From a bacterium (GTDB taxonomy: Bacteria; Zhuqueibacterota; Zhuqueibacteria; Oceanimicrobiales; Oceanimicrobiaceae): 64,000 bases of DNA. Positions within the stretch are counted from its first letter, which is position 1. Each line of letters opens with the position of its first letter. This document shows, piece by piece, positions 28,090 through 39,346 of this stretch. The notes beneath the pieces are model-generated. The model made no database searches and was not told the origin of the DNA. It saw only the letters and a program-made list of their open reading frames with translations. The position numbers were made by a program, and so were the translations under genes. The stretch lies in NCBI GenBank assembly GCA_037446635.1, contig JBBIIG010000001.1, positions 53,638-117,637 of the forward strand, given 5' to 3'.

Positions 28090-29681
28090 TGCTCGCGGTA
28101 GCTCCCAAAAACCTGTCGTAGAGTTGCGGAAATTTCTCCCAAAGTTGCGTAAGCCTCAACGCACTCGATTATGATTGGGATTAAATTGGAATTCGTTTCG
28201 GCGGCGCGCTGCAACTTATGCAACAGGTTGGCGACTTTTTCATGACCGCGCGTTTTGCGAAGCCGCTGCAGTCGTTTTGCCTGGCGGTCGCGCACCCGCG
28301 GATCGACTTTCAAGATTCTTGGTTTGATGGTCTCCGTTTCAACAAATTCGTTGACGCCGACGACAATTCTTTCTTTGGTTTCAATGGCCTTCTGATAGGC
28401 ATAAGCGCTGTTGGCAATTTCGGTTTGAAAAAATTTCGTTTCGATGGCGCGAATAGCGCCGCCCATCTCGTCAATTTTTTTTAAATAATCCCAAACGCGC
28501 TTCTCGATTTCGTCGGTTAGCGCTTCCAAAAAATAGGCCCCCCCAAGTGGATCGACCGTATCCGCTGTTCCGGATTCGTATGCGATGATTTGTTGCGTGC
28601 GCAGTGCAATTCGCACCGCCTCCTCGGTGGGCAGCGCCAGCGCTTCATCTTTGGAGTTGGTGTGCAGCGATTGCGTGCCTCCCAAAATCGCCGCTAACGC
28701 TTGTAATGCGACGCGGACGATGTTGTTCTCGGGCTGCTGCGCCGTGAGCGCCGAACCCGCGGTTTGAGTATGAAACCGTAGCATCCACGAACGTGGATTC
28801 TGCGCTTCAAAACGCTCTTTCATGATGCGCGCCCAAATGCGGCGAGCCGCCCGGAACTTGGCAATCTCCTCAAAAAAATAATTGTGGCACGCGAAAAAAA
28901 ATGAAAGCCGCGCGGAAAAATCATCGATATTCAAGCCGCGTTTCAACGCCGCGTCAACATAAGCGATGGCGTTGGCAAACGTGAACGCCAGCTCCTGCAC
29001 CGCATTCGAACCGGCCTCGCGGATGTGGTAGCCGCTGATGGAAATGGTGTTCCAGCGCGGCAGATGATCTTTGCAGAATTCGAAAATATCCGTAACCAAT
29101 CGCATCGAGGGCGCGGGCGGAAAAATGTAGGTCGAGCGCGCGATGTATTCTTTCAAAATGTCGTTTTGGGTGGTGCCGCTGAGATTTTTTAAATCGGCGC
29201 CCTGTTTTTTGGCCATGGCAATATAAAAAGCCAGTAGGATGGCGGCCGTGGAGTTGATGGTCATCGATGTTGTAATTTTTTCGAGAGGGATCTCATTGAA
29301 CAGTATTTCCATGTCTTCGAGGCTGTCAATGGCGACGCCGGCTTTCCCGACTTCGCCCTCGGCCATGGGGTGATCGGAATCATATCCCATTTGGGTGGGA
29401 AGATCGAACGCCACCGACAAGCCGGTCTGTCCGCGCTCCAGCAAATAGCGAAAGCGCTGGTTGGTTTCTTCCGCCGTGGCGTAGCCGCTGTACTGCCGCA
29501 TCGTCCAAAGTTGGCTGCGGTACATATTCGGATAAATTCCTCTCGTAAAAGGATATTCGCCGGGGCTATCGAGCGGCTGACGGCGGACGTCCGCAGCCGA
29601 ATAGACGGGTTTGATTTCAATATTCGAATCTGTCTTAAAATTGGATTTGCGCTCTTGGTTTTGCGCTTTCATACTCACCAT
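28086..29681 (-). CDS. Methylmalonyl-CoA mutase family, large (substrate-binding) subunit of the split type
   Basis: [79 protein letters not shown]; no B12-binding domain. Confidence 0.93.
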   Translation of the reverse strand: MVSMKAQNQERKSNFKTDSNIEIKPVYSAADVRRQPLDSPGEYPFTRGIYPNMYRSQLWTMRQYSGYATAEETNQRFRYLLERGQTGLSVAFDLPTQMGYDSDHPMAEGEVGKAGVAIDSLEDMEILFNEIPLEKITTSMTINSTAAILLAFYIAMAKKQGADLKNLSGTTQNDILKEYIARSTYIFPPAPSMRLVTDIFEFCKDHLPRWNTISISGYHIREAGSNAVQELAFTFANAIAYVDAALKRGLNIDDFSARLSFFFACHNYFFEEIAKFRAARRIWARIMKERFEAQNPRSWMLRFHTQTAGSALTAQQPENNIVRVALQALAAILGGTQSLHTNSKDEALALPTEEAVRIALRTQQIIAYESGTADTVDPLGGAYFLEALTDEIEKRVWDYLKKIDEMGGAIRAIETKFFQTEIANSAYAYQKAIETKERIVVGVNEFVETETIKPRILKVDPRVRDRQAKRLQRLRKTRGHEKVANLLHKLQRAAETNSNLIPIIIECVEAYATLGEISATLRQVFGSYREQ

Positions 29682-29760
29682 TGTTTTTATTGTTAAACAC
29701 TGAATGACCCCGAAAGCACCGAAGAGCCGCTATTTTTGTTGTTTCGGTGTCCAAAGTTTT

Positions 29761-30672
29761 TTAAATCGAACTCTTTTCCGGTCGCCTTTCTCGCGGGTGA
29801 AAATTTCTATGAACTTCTTTTATGTACTCGCGATCCAAATGAGTGTAAATCTGCGTGCTGGAAATATCTGCATGACCCAACATTTCCTGAACCGCACGCA
29901 AATCAGCACCGCCTTCGATAAGATGCGTGGCAAAGGAATGGCGAAAGGTATGCGGCGATACTTTTTTGGCGATGCCAGCCTCCACAACATAGCCCCGCAA
30001 AATCAGCCACAAACCCATACGCGTAAGTTTCTTTCCGAGATGGCTCAGAAAAATGTAATCGCCGCTGCCGGGGCGCGCCTGCGATGGACGGACGGTTTTC
30101 AGATATTGCTCAGTAAAATAAATGGCCTGTTCGCCGATGGGCACAATGCGTTCTTTGCTGCCTTTGCCAAATACTCGAATGAAGCCATCGGAAAAAAATA
30201 AGTCGGAAAGCCGCAGAGCGATCAGCTCGGAGACGCGCAGCCCCGCCGCGTACAGCATTTCCAACATCGCTTTGTCTCGCAGCCCCTTGGGTGTGGTTAC
30301 GTCGGGCTGAGCGAGAATGCGCTCGATTTCAAATTGGCTGAGAGTGTCGGGCAAATACTTTGACAATTTGGGGAAGCTGATGTCGGTGGTGGGGTCCTGC
30401 TCCACATAATTTTCGCGCGCCAAAAAACGGTGGAAGGTTCGAATTGCCGAGAGATTGCGCGCGGTGCTGCTGGGCGCATAATCAACGCTGCGCAGTGTTT
30501 CGATCAAAGCAAGGATATCACTGGGACGGGTTTGCCTAATCTCGGTGACGCCGCGCTCTTTCAAAAATTTAAGGTATCGCGTTAAATCATTTTGATAGGA
30601 TGCAACGGTATTGGCGGCGGCATTCTTTTCGATTTGGAGAAAATTTAAAAATTCCGTCAGCAAATATTCCAT
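29761..30672 (-). CDS. xerD: Site-specific tyrosine recombinase XerD
   Basis: RDKAMLEMLYAAGLRVSEL; GKGSKERIVP; SPHTFRHSFATHLIEGGADLRAVQEMLGHADISSTQIYTH; start set at MEYLL (30672). Confidence 0.92.
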   Translation of the reverse strand: MEYLLTEFLNFLQIEKNAAANTVASYQNDLTRYLKFLKERGVTEIRQTRPSDILALIETLRSVDYAPSSTARNLSAIRTFHRFLARENYVEQDPTTDISFPKLSKYLPDTLSQFEIERILAQPDVTTPKGLRDKAMLEMLYAAGLRVSELIALRLSDLFFSDGFIRVFGKGSKERIVPIGEQAIYFTEQYLKTVRPSQARPGSGDYIFLSHLGKKLTRMGLWLILRGYVVEAGIAKKVSPHTFRHSFATHLIEGGADLRAVQEMLGHADISSTQIYTHLDREYIKEVHRNFHPRERRPEKSSI

Positions 30673-30683
30673 TACACACAGCG

Positions 30684-31118
30684 CTATTCCGTTTTGGGAA
30701 GGATGCCCTCCGAGAGGGACAATGCAATCCCAGAGAGCATGACCTCCGGGCCCAGCTTGGTGAAATCTCCGGAAAGAAGACTGGTATCGACGTTCGAATA
30801 TAACGAGCATCCCGCCTCTTTTTCAATGATGAGGCCAGAGAGACGCCCCTGGTGCTCGCCGATAAACGTCACCTCCCCTAACATGTCGCTGGCAACATAG
30901 CCGGTGCAAAAATGCAGTTGCAGATGAGCGTTATGGGTATAAACGCTGATCAAATTTCCGGACAATTTTCCAATGGGAATGTTGGGGTAAATTTCCAGCG
31001 AGAGCTTGCGGCCGTCCTCTTTGTTTTCGATGATGAAGCGGTAGTTGTTTCCCCACAATTTGGCCTCGGCGCCCAGCACGCGCGCGATCTTGTCGATGTC
31101 GGTTTTTGTAAATTTCAA
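30684..31118 (-). CDS. Hypothetical protein
   Basis: 144-aa ORF fitting tightly between the csp terminator and xerD; TTG start preceded by GGGAG. Confidence 0.7.
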   Translation of the reverse strand: MKFTKTDIDKIARVLGAEAKLWGNNYRFIIENKEDGRKLSLEIYPNIPIGKLSGNLISVYTHNAHLQLHFCTGYVASDMLGEVTFIGEHQGRLSGLIIEKEAGCSLYSNVDTSLLSGDFTKLGPEVMLSGIALSLSEGILPKTE

Positions 31119-31146
31119 TGGTATGCTCCCACAAAAATTGCAGAAT

Positions 31147-31176
31147 AAACAAAACCCCGACTTTTTAATCGGGGTT
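31147..31176 (-). terminator. Intrinsic terminator after the cold-shock gene
   Basis: Minus strand AACCCCGA-TTAAAAAG-TCGGGGTT followed by TTGTTT. Confidence 0.75.
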
Positions 31177-31202
31177 AATTTTGGGTCGATTCGGTAAGTG
31201 GT

Positions 31203-31412
31203 TTAAACCTTCAGCACCTTCGTTGCGTGCAATCCCTTTTCACCGTTAATGCTTTCGAATTGCACCTCCGAGCCTTCTTGAAGGGTTTTGTATCCTTCCA
31301 TTTCAATTACGGAGAAGTGCACGAAAACATCTTCACCCGCTTCGTTGACGATGAACCCATAACCTTTGTTGTCATTGAACCACTTGACCGTACCTCTCTG
31401 CATGGCAGTCAT
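31203..31412 (-). CDS. Cold-shock protein (CspA family)
   Basis: [30 protein letters not shown]; strong GAGGAGG RBS. Confidence 0.97.
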   Translation of the reverse strand: MTAMQRGTVKWFNDNKGYGFIVNEAGEDVFVHFSVIEMEGYKTLQEGSEVQFESINGEKGLHATKVLKV

Positions 31413-31444
31413 TCCTCCTCCTCATTTTTCTTGAAAACCACAAA

Positions 31445-31473
31445 AATATAATTAATAAATTAATTCTTGTCAA
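31445..31473 (-). promoter_or_regulatory. Sigma-70-type promoter of the csp gene
   Basis: Minus strand TTGACA-17 bp-TATATT. Confidence 0.7.
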
Positions 31474-31512
31474 GAAATTTTTAGAGAGGCAACATTCATA
31501 AAGATTTAGAAT

Positions 31513-32178
31513 TTAGCGCTCTGCCTTCACGGCGGCGCTGCGAATCTCCGCGATGGCTTTGCCAATGTCGGCGGCGCCGAAAATTGCCGATCCGGCCACC
31601 AGCACATTTGCCCCGGCTTTCACCACTTCCGGCGTGGTGTTGCGGTCCACCCCGCCGTCCACTGCGATTAAGATAGACCGCTTGGATTGACGAATCTGCT
31701 CTGAAAGTTTTTGAATTTTGTTGACCGCCGTTGAAATAAAACTCTGTCCACCAAAACCCGGGTTCACACTCATGATCAAAACTGAATCCAATTCGTGTAA
31801 GATTTCTTCCAAAACCACCAGCGGCGTCCCCGGATTGAGTGCGACGCCCACCTGCGCGCCCAGTTCCTTAACCAGGCGAACGGAGCGATTGAGATGAACG
31901 GTCGCCTCCACGTGGATGGTGATGCGGTCGGCGCCGGCTTCGCGAAATGCGCCGACATACGCATCCGGATTCTCGATCATCAAATGGACATCCAGCGGCA
32001 GTTGGCTGAGTTTGCGCATGGCCGCCACCATCAGCGGCCCAAAGGTGAGGTTGGGCACGAAGTGGCCGTCCATCACGTCCAAATGAAACCAATCCGCGCC
32101 AGCCGTTTCCGCAATTTTGACTTGTTCGGACAACCTCGAAAAATCCGCTGAAAGAATCGAAGGGGCGAGAATGATCAT
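31513..32178 (-). CDS. rpe: Ribulose-phosphate 3-epimerase
   Basis: APSILSADF; HLDVMDGHFVPNLTFG; DVHLM; MSVNPGFGGQ; VDGG. Confidence 0.97.
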   Translation of the reverse strand: MIILAPSILSADFSRLSEQVKIAETAGADWFHLDVMDGHFVPNLTFGPLMVAAMRKLSQLPLDVHLMIENPDAYVGAFREAGADRITIHVEATVHLNRSVRLVKELGAQVGVALNPGTPLVVLEEILHELDSVLIMSVNPGFGGQSFISTAVNKIQKLSEQIRQSKRSILIAVDGGVDRNTTPEVVKAGANVLVAGSAIFGAADIGKAIAEIRSAAVKAER

Positions 32179-32184
32179 TTTGGT

Positions 32185-32955
32185 TTACCGGTTGGGATTG
32201 CTGATGGAACTCACCACAATGTCCAAGGTGTCGCCGTAGGCCGTGCTGACGCCGGCCTCTAAAGATTGCTGGATAACCGTGTTGGGCAACAAATCATTGT
32301 TCTGGCGATAACTGATCTGCCCGATGATCAAGCCAGATTTTTGAATTTCACGCTTTGCCGTCTCGATGGTTTTTCCCAAAAGCGACGGCACGATGACGTT
32401 CGCGACCGGCTCGCCCAAGCTGATGGTTATATCCACGGCGCTGTTATGTTTGACGAACGTTTTCGGCGGCGGCAATTGATCCAAAACCACCTTTGGCAAT
32501 TCGTCGATGATATATTTGTAATCGCGTTCGCCTACGCGCAGCCCGACGCTTTTCAGGATTTCTTCCGCGTTGGTTTCGGAGAGTCCGCGCACCTCGGGCA
32601 CTTCTACTTCCCGCTCGCCCACGCTGATGGTCAGGTAAACGCGCCGGCCCTTTTTAACCAACCGATTGGGACGGGGATTTTGATCCGCCACGTAACCGAA
32701 CGGAAGAGTGGGATCGTGCTTTTCCCCCTGTTTGACCACGGTGAGGCCCTGCATCTCCAAAAGCTCTTTCGCGCTTTCGTAGGGCTGGGCCACCACGTTT
32801 GGCACCGCCAGGGCCTCGTCGTGTTTGGTGTACCACGGCATGATTATCTTGTCGAAAACGAGCGTGATCAAAAATAAAATCGCGAGCACGGCGCCCAAAA
32901 CGGCGAGGCGACGGCGCGTAAAAATATTTTTCAGCAAAGTTTTAAAGTTCATCAT
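32185..32955 (-). CDS. Membrane-anchored PASTA-domain protein (three PASTA repeats, no kinase)
   Basis: N-terminal TM helix; VPNVV..., VPEVRGLS..., VPSLLGKT... each followed by V..Q. Confidence 0.88.
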   Translation of the reverse strand: MMNFKTLLKNIFTRRRLAVLGAVLAILFLITLVFDKIIMPWYTKHDEALAVPNVVAQPYESAKELLEMQGLTVVKQGEKHDPTLPFGYVADQNPRPNRLVKKGRRVYLTISVGEREVEVPEVRGLSETNAEEILKSVGLRVGERDYKYIIDELPKVVLDQLPPPKTFVKHNSAVDITISLGEPVANVIVPSLLGKTIETAKREIQKSGLIIGQISYRQNNDLLPNTVIQQSLEAGVSTAYGDTLDIVVSSISNPNR

Positions 32956-32959
32956 ACCA

Positions 32960-34309
32960 CTATTTTGTTTTAATCAATTTCACCGCGAAACTGCCGTCCA
33001 TCGCATGTCGCTGCGGCAAGGTTCGGAGAAATCCGTCCTCCGAAAAAAACTCGCTGTCGATGCTGATGTCTTCCTTTTTGATCTGATAATTCTTATGCTC
33101 ATCGAGAAAATGGCGCACCACCACTTCATTTTCTTCCGGCTCGATGGTGCAGGTACAGTAAACCAGCGTCCCCCCGGGTTTGAGTAGGCGATGGGCATTT
33201 TCCAGCAGCGCGCGCTGAAGTTTCTGGATGTTGGGGATATCGGCGAGAGTGCGTTTCCAGCGCAAATCGGAGCGGCGCGCCAAAACCCCTAGACCCGAAC
33301 ACGGGGCGTCCAACAAAATTTTGTCAACGGGTTTGAGGTTGAAATTCGCGCTGTCAGCCACCACCGGCCGAACCGACTTCAAATTAAAACGCGCGACGTT
33401 TTGTTGGAGCAACCGCAGCCGTTTTGGGTTGCGATCCACCGCAATGATTCGAGCGTCGTCTTCCACTAAATGCGCGAGGTAGCAGCTCTTTCCCCCGGGC
33501 GCGGCGCACATATCCAAAATGGTTTCTCCTTTCTGCGGCGAAAGCAACCGGCAGGGAATGGCCGTGCTTTCGTCTTGAATGGCAAACCATCCCTGTTGGA
33601 ACAGCGGCAGCGCACTCACGTCATCGGGCTGGTGCAGAAGGATAAAGTCGTCAAAAAATTTGGAGGGCTCGGCGCGCATTCCAAGCTCTTCAAATTTTTT
33701 TAGAAGAAGCGCGCGCGTAGTTTTAGCGGGATTGATGCGGATGGAAATCAGCGGCCGGCGATTGTTGTATTCGCACAGACGCTCCGTGTCGGCGATTCCG
33801 TACCGCGCAAGCCATCTTTCTATCATCCACTGCGGATGCGAATATTGAATGGCCAGTGCTGCGACGAGATTTTTTTCGCGAGGCGGCGCCGAAAACTTTT
33901 GCGGGTCCCTCAAATAACTCCGCAGCACACCGTTGACTAACTTACCCCACGACTGGCCGCCCGAATGTTTGGCAAGTTCCACCGCCTCGGAGACCGCGGC
34001 GTAGCTTGGAATTTTGTCCAAAAATTTTAGTTGATACAAACTCACTTCCAAAATCGATCTCAGCCGCAGCGGACTCGTTTCGAATCTTCCATGAAATAAT
34101 TCTCCCAAAATCCAGTCGAGTTGGCCGCGCCAACGAACGGTTCCATTCACCAACTCCAGCAGCAGCGATCGATCCCGCTGGCTTAGTTTGGTGCCCGCCA
34201 ATCCGTTTGCCAGCGCTTCATCGGCGTACATGCCGTCGGCAAAAATCTTTTCGAGGATATCGACGGCCAGCTTGCGCACAGAGGTTTTAATCGAACGTGT
34301 CGCCAACAT
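32960..34309 (-). CDS. rsmB: 16S rRNA m5C967 methyltransferase RsmB/Sun
   Basis: NusB-like N-terminus; YSHPQW; LDMCAAPGGKS; ILLDAPCSGLG; LVYCTCT. Confidence 0.95.
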   Translation of the reverse strand: MLATRSIKTSVRKLAVDILEKIFADGMYADEALANGLAGTKLSQRDRSLLLELVNGTVRWRGQLDWILGELFHGRFETSPLRLRSILEVSLYQLKFLDKIPSYAAVSEAVELAKHSGGQSWGKLVNGVLRSYLRDPQKFSAPPREKNLVAALAIQYSHPQWMIERWLARYGIADTERLCEYNNRRPLISIRINPAKTTRALLLKKFEELGMRAEPSKFFDDFILLHQPDDVSALPLFQQGWFAIQDESTAIPCRLLSPQKGETILDMCAAPGGKSCYLAHLVEDDARIIAVDRNPKRLRLLQQNVARFNLKSVRPVVADSANFNLKPVDKILLDAPCSGLGVLARRSDLRWKRTLADIPNIQKLQRALLENAHRLLKPGGTLVYCTCTIEPEENEVVVRHFLDEHKNYQIKKEDISIDSEFFSEDGFLRTLPQRHAMDGSFAVKLIKTK

Positions 34310-35216
34310 GTAAAGAATGACCCATTAAAAATTCTTTGGCGGTCATCGAGCGCTTACCTTCCATTTGCAATTCGTGGATCGCCAGCCGGCCCGCGCCGCA
34401 CCCAACGACGATTCGCCCGCTTTTTTTCTCCACCTCCAAAACCCGTCCGGGTGGATTGACTGCTTGAGAATCCACTACCGTCGCGCGCAGCAGCTTCATC
34501 ATTTTACCATTTAAAAAAGTAAACGCTCCCGGGCTGGGGCTCAACCCGCGAATGAGATTACGAATTTTTTCCGCAGCGTCGTTCCAGTGAATGCGCATCA
34601 GCTCTTTTGTCAGCTTGGGAGCCTTGGTGATTTCGCCGCTTTGCCGCCGCGGTGTCGCCCTGCCGGATTCAACTTGAGTGATCGTTTCCAATAACAACTC
34701 TGCCCCGACCGCTGCTAATTTATCCTGCAGTTCGCCGGCGGTTTCGTCTTCGGCGATGGGCACATGTTTTTGCAGAAGGAGATCGCCGGCGTCCACCTGT
34801 TCCTGAATGAAAATGGTGGACACCCCGGTTTCGGGTTCGCCGTTGATGATAGCCCAGTTGATGGGCGCAGCGCCGCGATATTTCGGCAAAAGCGAGGCGT
34901 GCAAATTGATCGTCCCTTTGGGCGGAATACGAAACACCGCCGCCGGCAAAATCCGAAAAGCCACGACCACAAACAAGTCCGCGTGAAAATTTTTGATGGC
35001 GTCGATGAATTTGGGATCGTTCAAATCGGCGGGCTGCAAAATCGGGACTCCGATTTTCTCCGCCGCGCGTTTTATCGGCGCGGGCTGGATTCTGAGGCCG
35101 CGGCCCACCGGCTTGTCGGGCGCGGTGACCACGGCAACTAACTCATGAGAACTCCTGTGGATGGCCTCCAAACTTGGCACAGCAAATTGCGGCGTCCCCA
35201 TGAAAATGATTTTCAT
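34287..35216 (-). CDS. fmt: Methionyl-tRNA formyltransferase
   Basis: IIFMGTPQFA; INLHASLLPKYRGAAPINWA. Confidence 0.97.
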   Translation of the reverse strand: MKIIFMGTPQFAVPSLEAIHRSSHELVAVVTAPDKPVGRGLRIQPAPIKRAAEKIGVPILQPADLNDPKFIDAIKNFHADLFVVVAFRILPAAVFRIPPKGTINLHASLLPKYRGAAPINWAIINGEPETGVSTIFIQEQVDAGDLLLQKHVPIAEDETAGELQDKLAAVGAELLLETITQVESGRATPRRQSGEITKAPKLTKELMRIHWNDAAEKIRNLIRGLSPSPGAFTFLNGKMMKLLRATVVDSQAVNPPGRVLEVEKKSGRIVVGCGAGRLAIHELQMEGKRSMTAKEFLMGHSLHVGDTFD

Positions 35217-35743
35217 GATTTTTTCGATTCGTGATCCGATTTGCCGTCTGCGATGGCCTTTAATTTCTTCGCCAGCAGTTTCCGGCGTATGGGGCTGATA
35301 CGATCGATGAACAAAACGCCGTTGAGATGATCGATTTCGTGCTGCAGCACCCGCGCCGGCATTTGATTAAAATCCTCAACGTGCTCGACTCCCTCCAGAT
35401 CGCGGTACCTGACTTTGATGGTTTCGGCGCGCGCCACTTCCTCGCGGATATCCGGGATGCTCAGACAGCCTTCTTCAAGAATCGTTGAACCATCTTCCGC
35501 GAGGATTTCCGGATTAATGAATGCCTTCGGGGCCTCGCCTTCGAACATCATTCCCATGTTCACGATGCAGAGCGCGATGGATTCATCAACCTGCGGCGCG
35601 GCCAGCCCGATGCCGTCCGCCGCGAACATGGTATCGATCATGTCGTTCACCAACTCGCGAACGGAATCGTCGATGGTTTCGATGCGGCGAGTTTTCATCC
35701 GCAGGATCGGTTTGCCATATTTGACGATATCACGCACCGCCAT
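35213..35743 (-). CDS. def: Peptide deformylase
   Basis: GIGLAAPQV; EGCLSIP; QHEIDHLNG. Confidence 0.97.
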   Translation of the reverse strand: MAVRDIVKYGKPILRMKTRRIETIDDSVRELVNDMIDTMFAADGIGLAAPQVDESIALCIVNMGMMFEGEAPKAFINPEILAEDGSTILEEGCLSIPDIREEVARAETIKVRYRDLEGVEHVEDFNQMPARVLQHEIDHLNGVLFIDRISPIRRKLLAKKLKAIADGKSDHESKKS

Positions 35744-36056
35744 CTTCTTTGCCTATTTTTCGCGCAATGGAACCGCGCGCCACTTTGATTTTGACGTTAT
35801 CATCGATTTCCACGATGAACGCCTGCTCCTTTTCCTGAACGCCCATAATGGTGCCGAAGATTCCGCCGGCGGTTACCACTTTGTCGCCTTTTTTCAATTC
35901 GGCGATCATCGCCTGATGCTGCTTCTGCCGTTTGGCTTGCGGCCGGAAAATCAGAAAATACATGATGACGAAAATCAAGATCATGGGCAGAAACAGCCCG
36001 AACATGCTACCGCCGCCTTCCGTGCCGCTCTGCAAAAATAGACTTATGTTGTACAC
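35730..36056 (-). CDS. yajC: Preprotein translocase subunit YajC
   Basis: MYFLIFRPQAKRQK...LKKGDKVVTAGGIFGTI. Confidence 0.95.
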   Translation of the reverse strand: MYNISLFLQSGTEGGGSMFGLFLPMILIFVIMYFLIFRPQAKRQKQHQAMIAELKKGDKVVTAGGIFGTIMGVQEKEQAFIVEIDDNVKIKVARGSIARKIGKEDGGA

Positions 36057-36071
36057 TCATCCCTCCGTTTT

Positions 36072-38581
<2,510 letters not shown>

Positions 38582-38605
38582 CGCGACCTCGAAAAAAACC
38601 GCTCG

Positions 38606-38672
38606 AAAATATCAATTAATAAACTAAAAGTCAAGAATTATCATTGACAGTCTTCCAATGTTTTCATAGATT
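38606..38672. promoter_or_regulatory. Back-to-back sigma-70-type promoters (radA operon and divergent lipoprotein)
   Basis: + strand TTGACA-17-TAGATT (38644-38672); - strand TTGACT-17-TATTTT (38634-38606). Confidence 0.55.
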
Positions 38673-38683
38673 TAGGGCAAAAA

Positions 38684-39052
38684 ATGATCGCTTTGCCTAG
38701 AAAAAATTTGCAAGCAACTCGTTGGGCAGTACTTGTCATGTTATTAGCAGCAAGCGCCTGCGGCAAAAATGACGTGGGTACCCCCTTAGAGCATGAGCAA
38801 GTTGTAAAAATTTATTTAGAATTGCTCACGTATCCCCTCAATCACTCGTCGCCCGATTCATCGCATACTCTTGAAAGCGTCTTAAAAGCGAATGGCCTTA
38901 CCAAAGAAAAGTTTGAGCGGCGCATTGCCAGCTATGAGGATGATCCAGAAGCCTGGTTTCGAGTTGTCAATGAAGTGCTGCAGCGCTTGGAGGAAATGGA
39001 ACAAACCAACGCCGCCGGTGATCTTCCCCAATACCCGCCACAAAAAAAATAA
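38684..39052 (+). CDS. Small lipoprotein (DUF4296-like)
   Basis: Lipobox LAASAC; VLKANGLTKEKFERRIASYEDDPEAWFRVVNEV resembles DUF4296. Confidence 0.6.
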   Translation: MIALPRKNLQATRWAVLVMLLAASACGKNDVGTPLEHEQVVKIYLELLTYPLNHSSPDSSHTLESVLKANGLTKEKFERRIASYEDDPEAWFRVVNEVLQRLEEMEQTNAAGDLPQYPPQKK

Positions 39053-39167
39053 GCCTGTTTCACGGCAGTACACTGTTTCAGCGCCCGCCACGACTTTTAA
39101 CAAATTCTTACAAAATCGAGCGAAATGCTTATTTTAAAAACAAACACTTAACTTAGTGATAAGTGCA

Positions 39168-39182
39168 TGGCACCTTGTTTGC
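39168..39182 (+). promoter_or_regulatory. Sigma-54 (-24/-12) promoter with no downstream protein gene
   Basis: TGGCACCTTGTTTGC matches TGGCAC-N5-TTGC exactly; an IHF-like site (TATCACTAAGTTA on the minus strand) lies at 39149-39161. Confidence 0.75.
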
Positions 39183-39193
39183 TGAAAACGGGC

Positions 39194-39342
39194 AGAATAA
39201 GAATGTTGTTAGCAATAGCAGCAAAAAGTATTGGTCTCCGCCCCAACCCTATGGCATAGCATCTTCGAGGAGATCAATCACTCCGGGGGCTGACTCACGC
39301 ACCTCGCACTACACCCTTGAGAGTCAGTCCCCTTTCCTTTCT
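39194..39342 (+). ncRNA. Candidate sigma54-dependent small RNA (about 150 nt)
   Basis: Lies between the sigma54 promoter and a + strand terminator-like hairpin; no credible ORF with an RBS. Confidence 0.5.
39285..39342 (+). terminator. Hairpin plus pyrimidine tract (probable + strand terminator, convergent with hisS)
   Basis: GGGGGCTGACTC / GAGTCAGTCCCC 12-bp stem (one G-U), 24-nt C/A-rich loop, then TTTCCTTTCTT. Confidence 0.6.
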
Positions 39343-39346
39343 TATC

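Noticed and set aside
29761..30810. Tyrosine recombinase as a prophage or island integrase
   Set aside because: The sequence is canonical XerD in a housekeeping context, with no att sites, tRNA or phage genes seen. The ORF-track extension to 30810 overlaps the upstream gene.
39194..39342. CsrB/RsmY-like CsrA-sponging RNA
   Set aside because: Only one GGA motif is present; such RNAs carry many. Kept only as a generic sRNA candidate.
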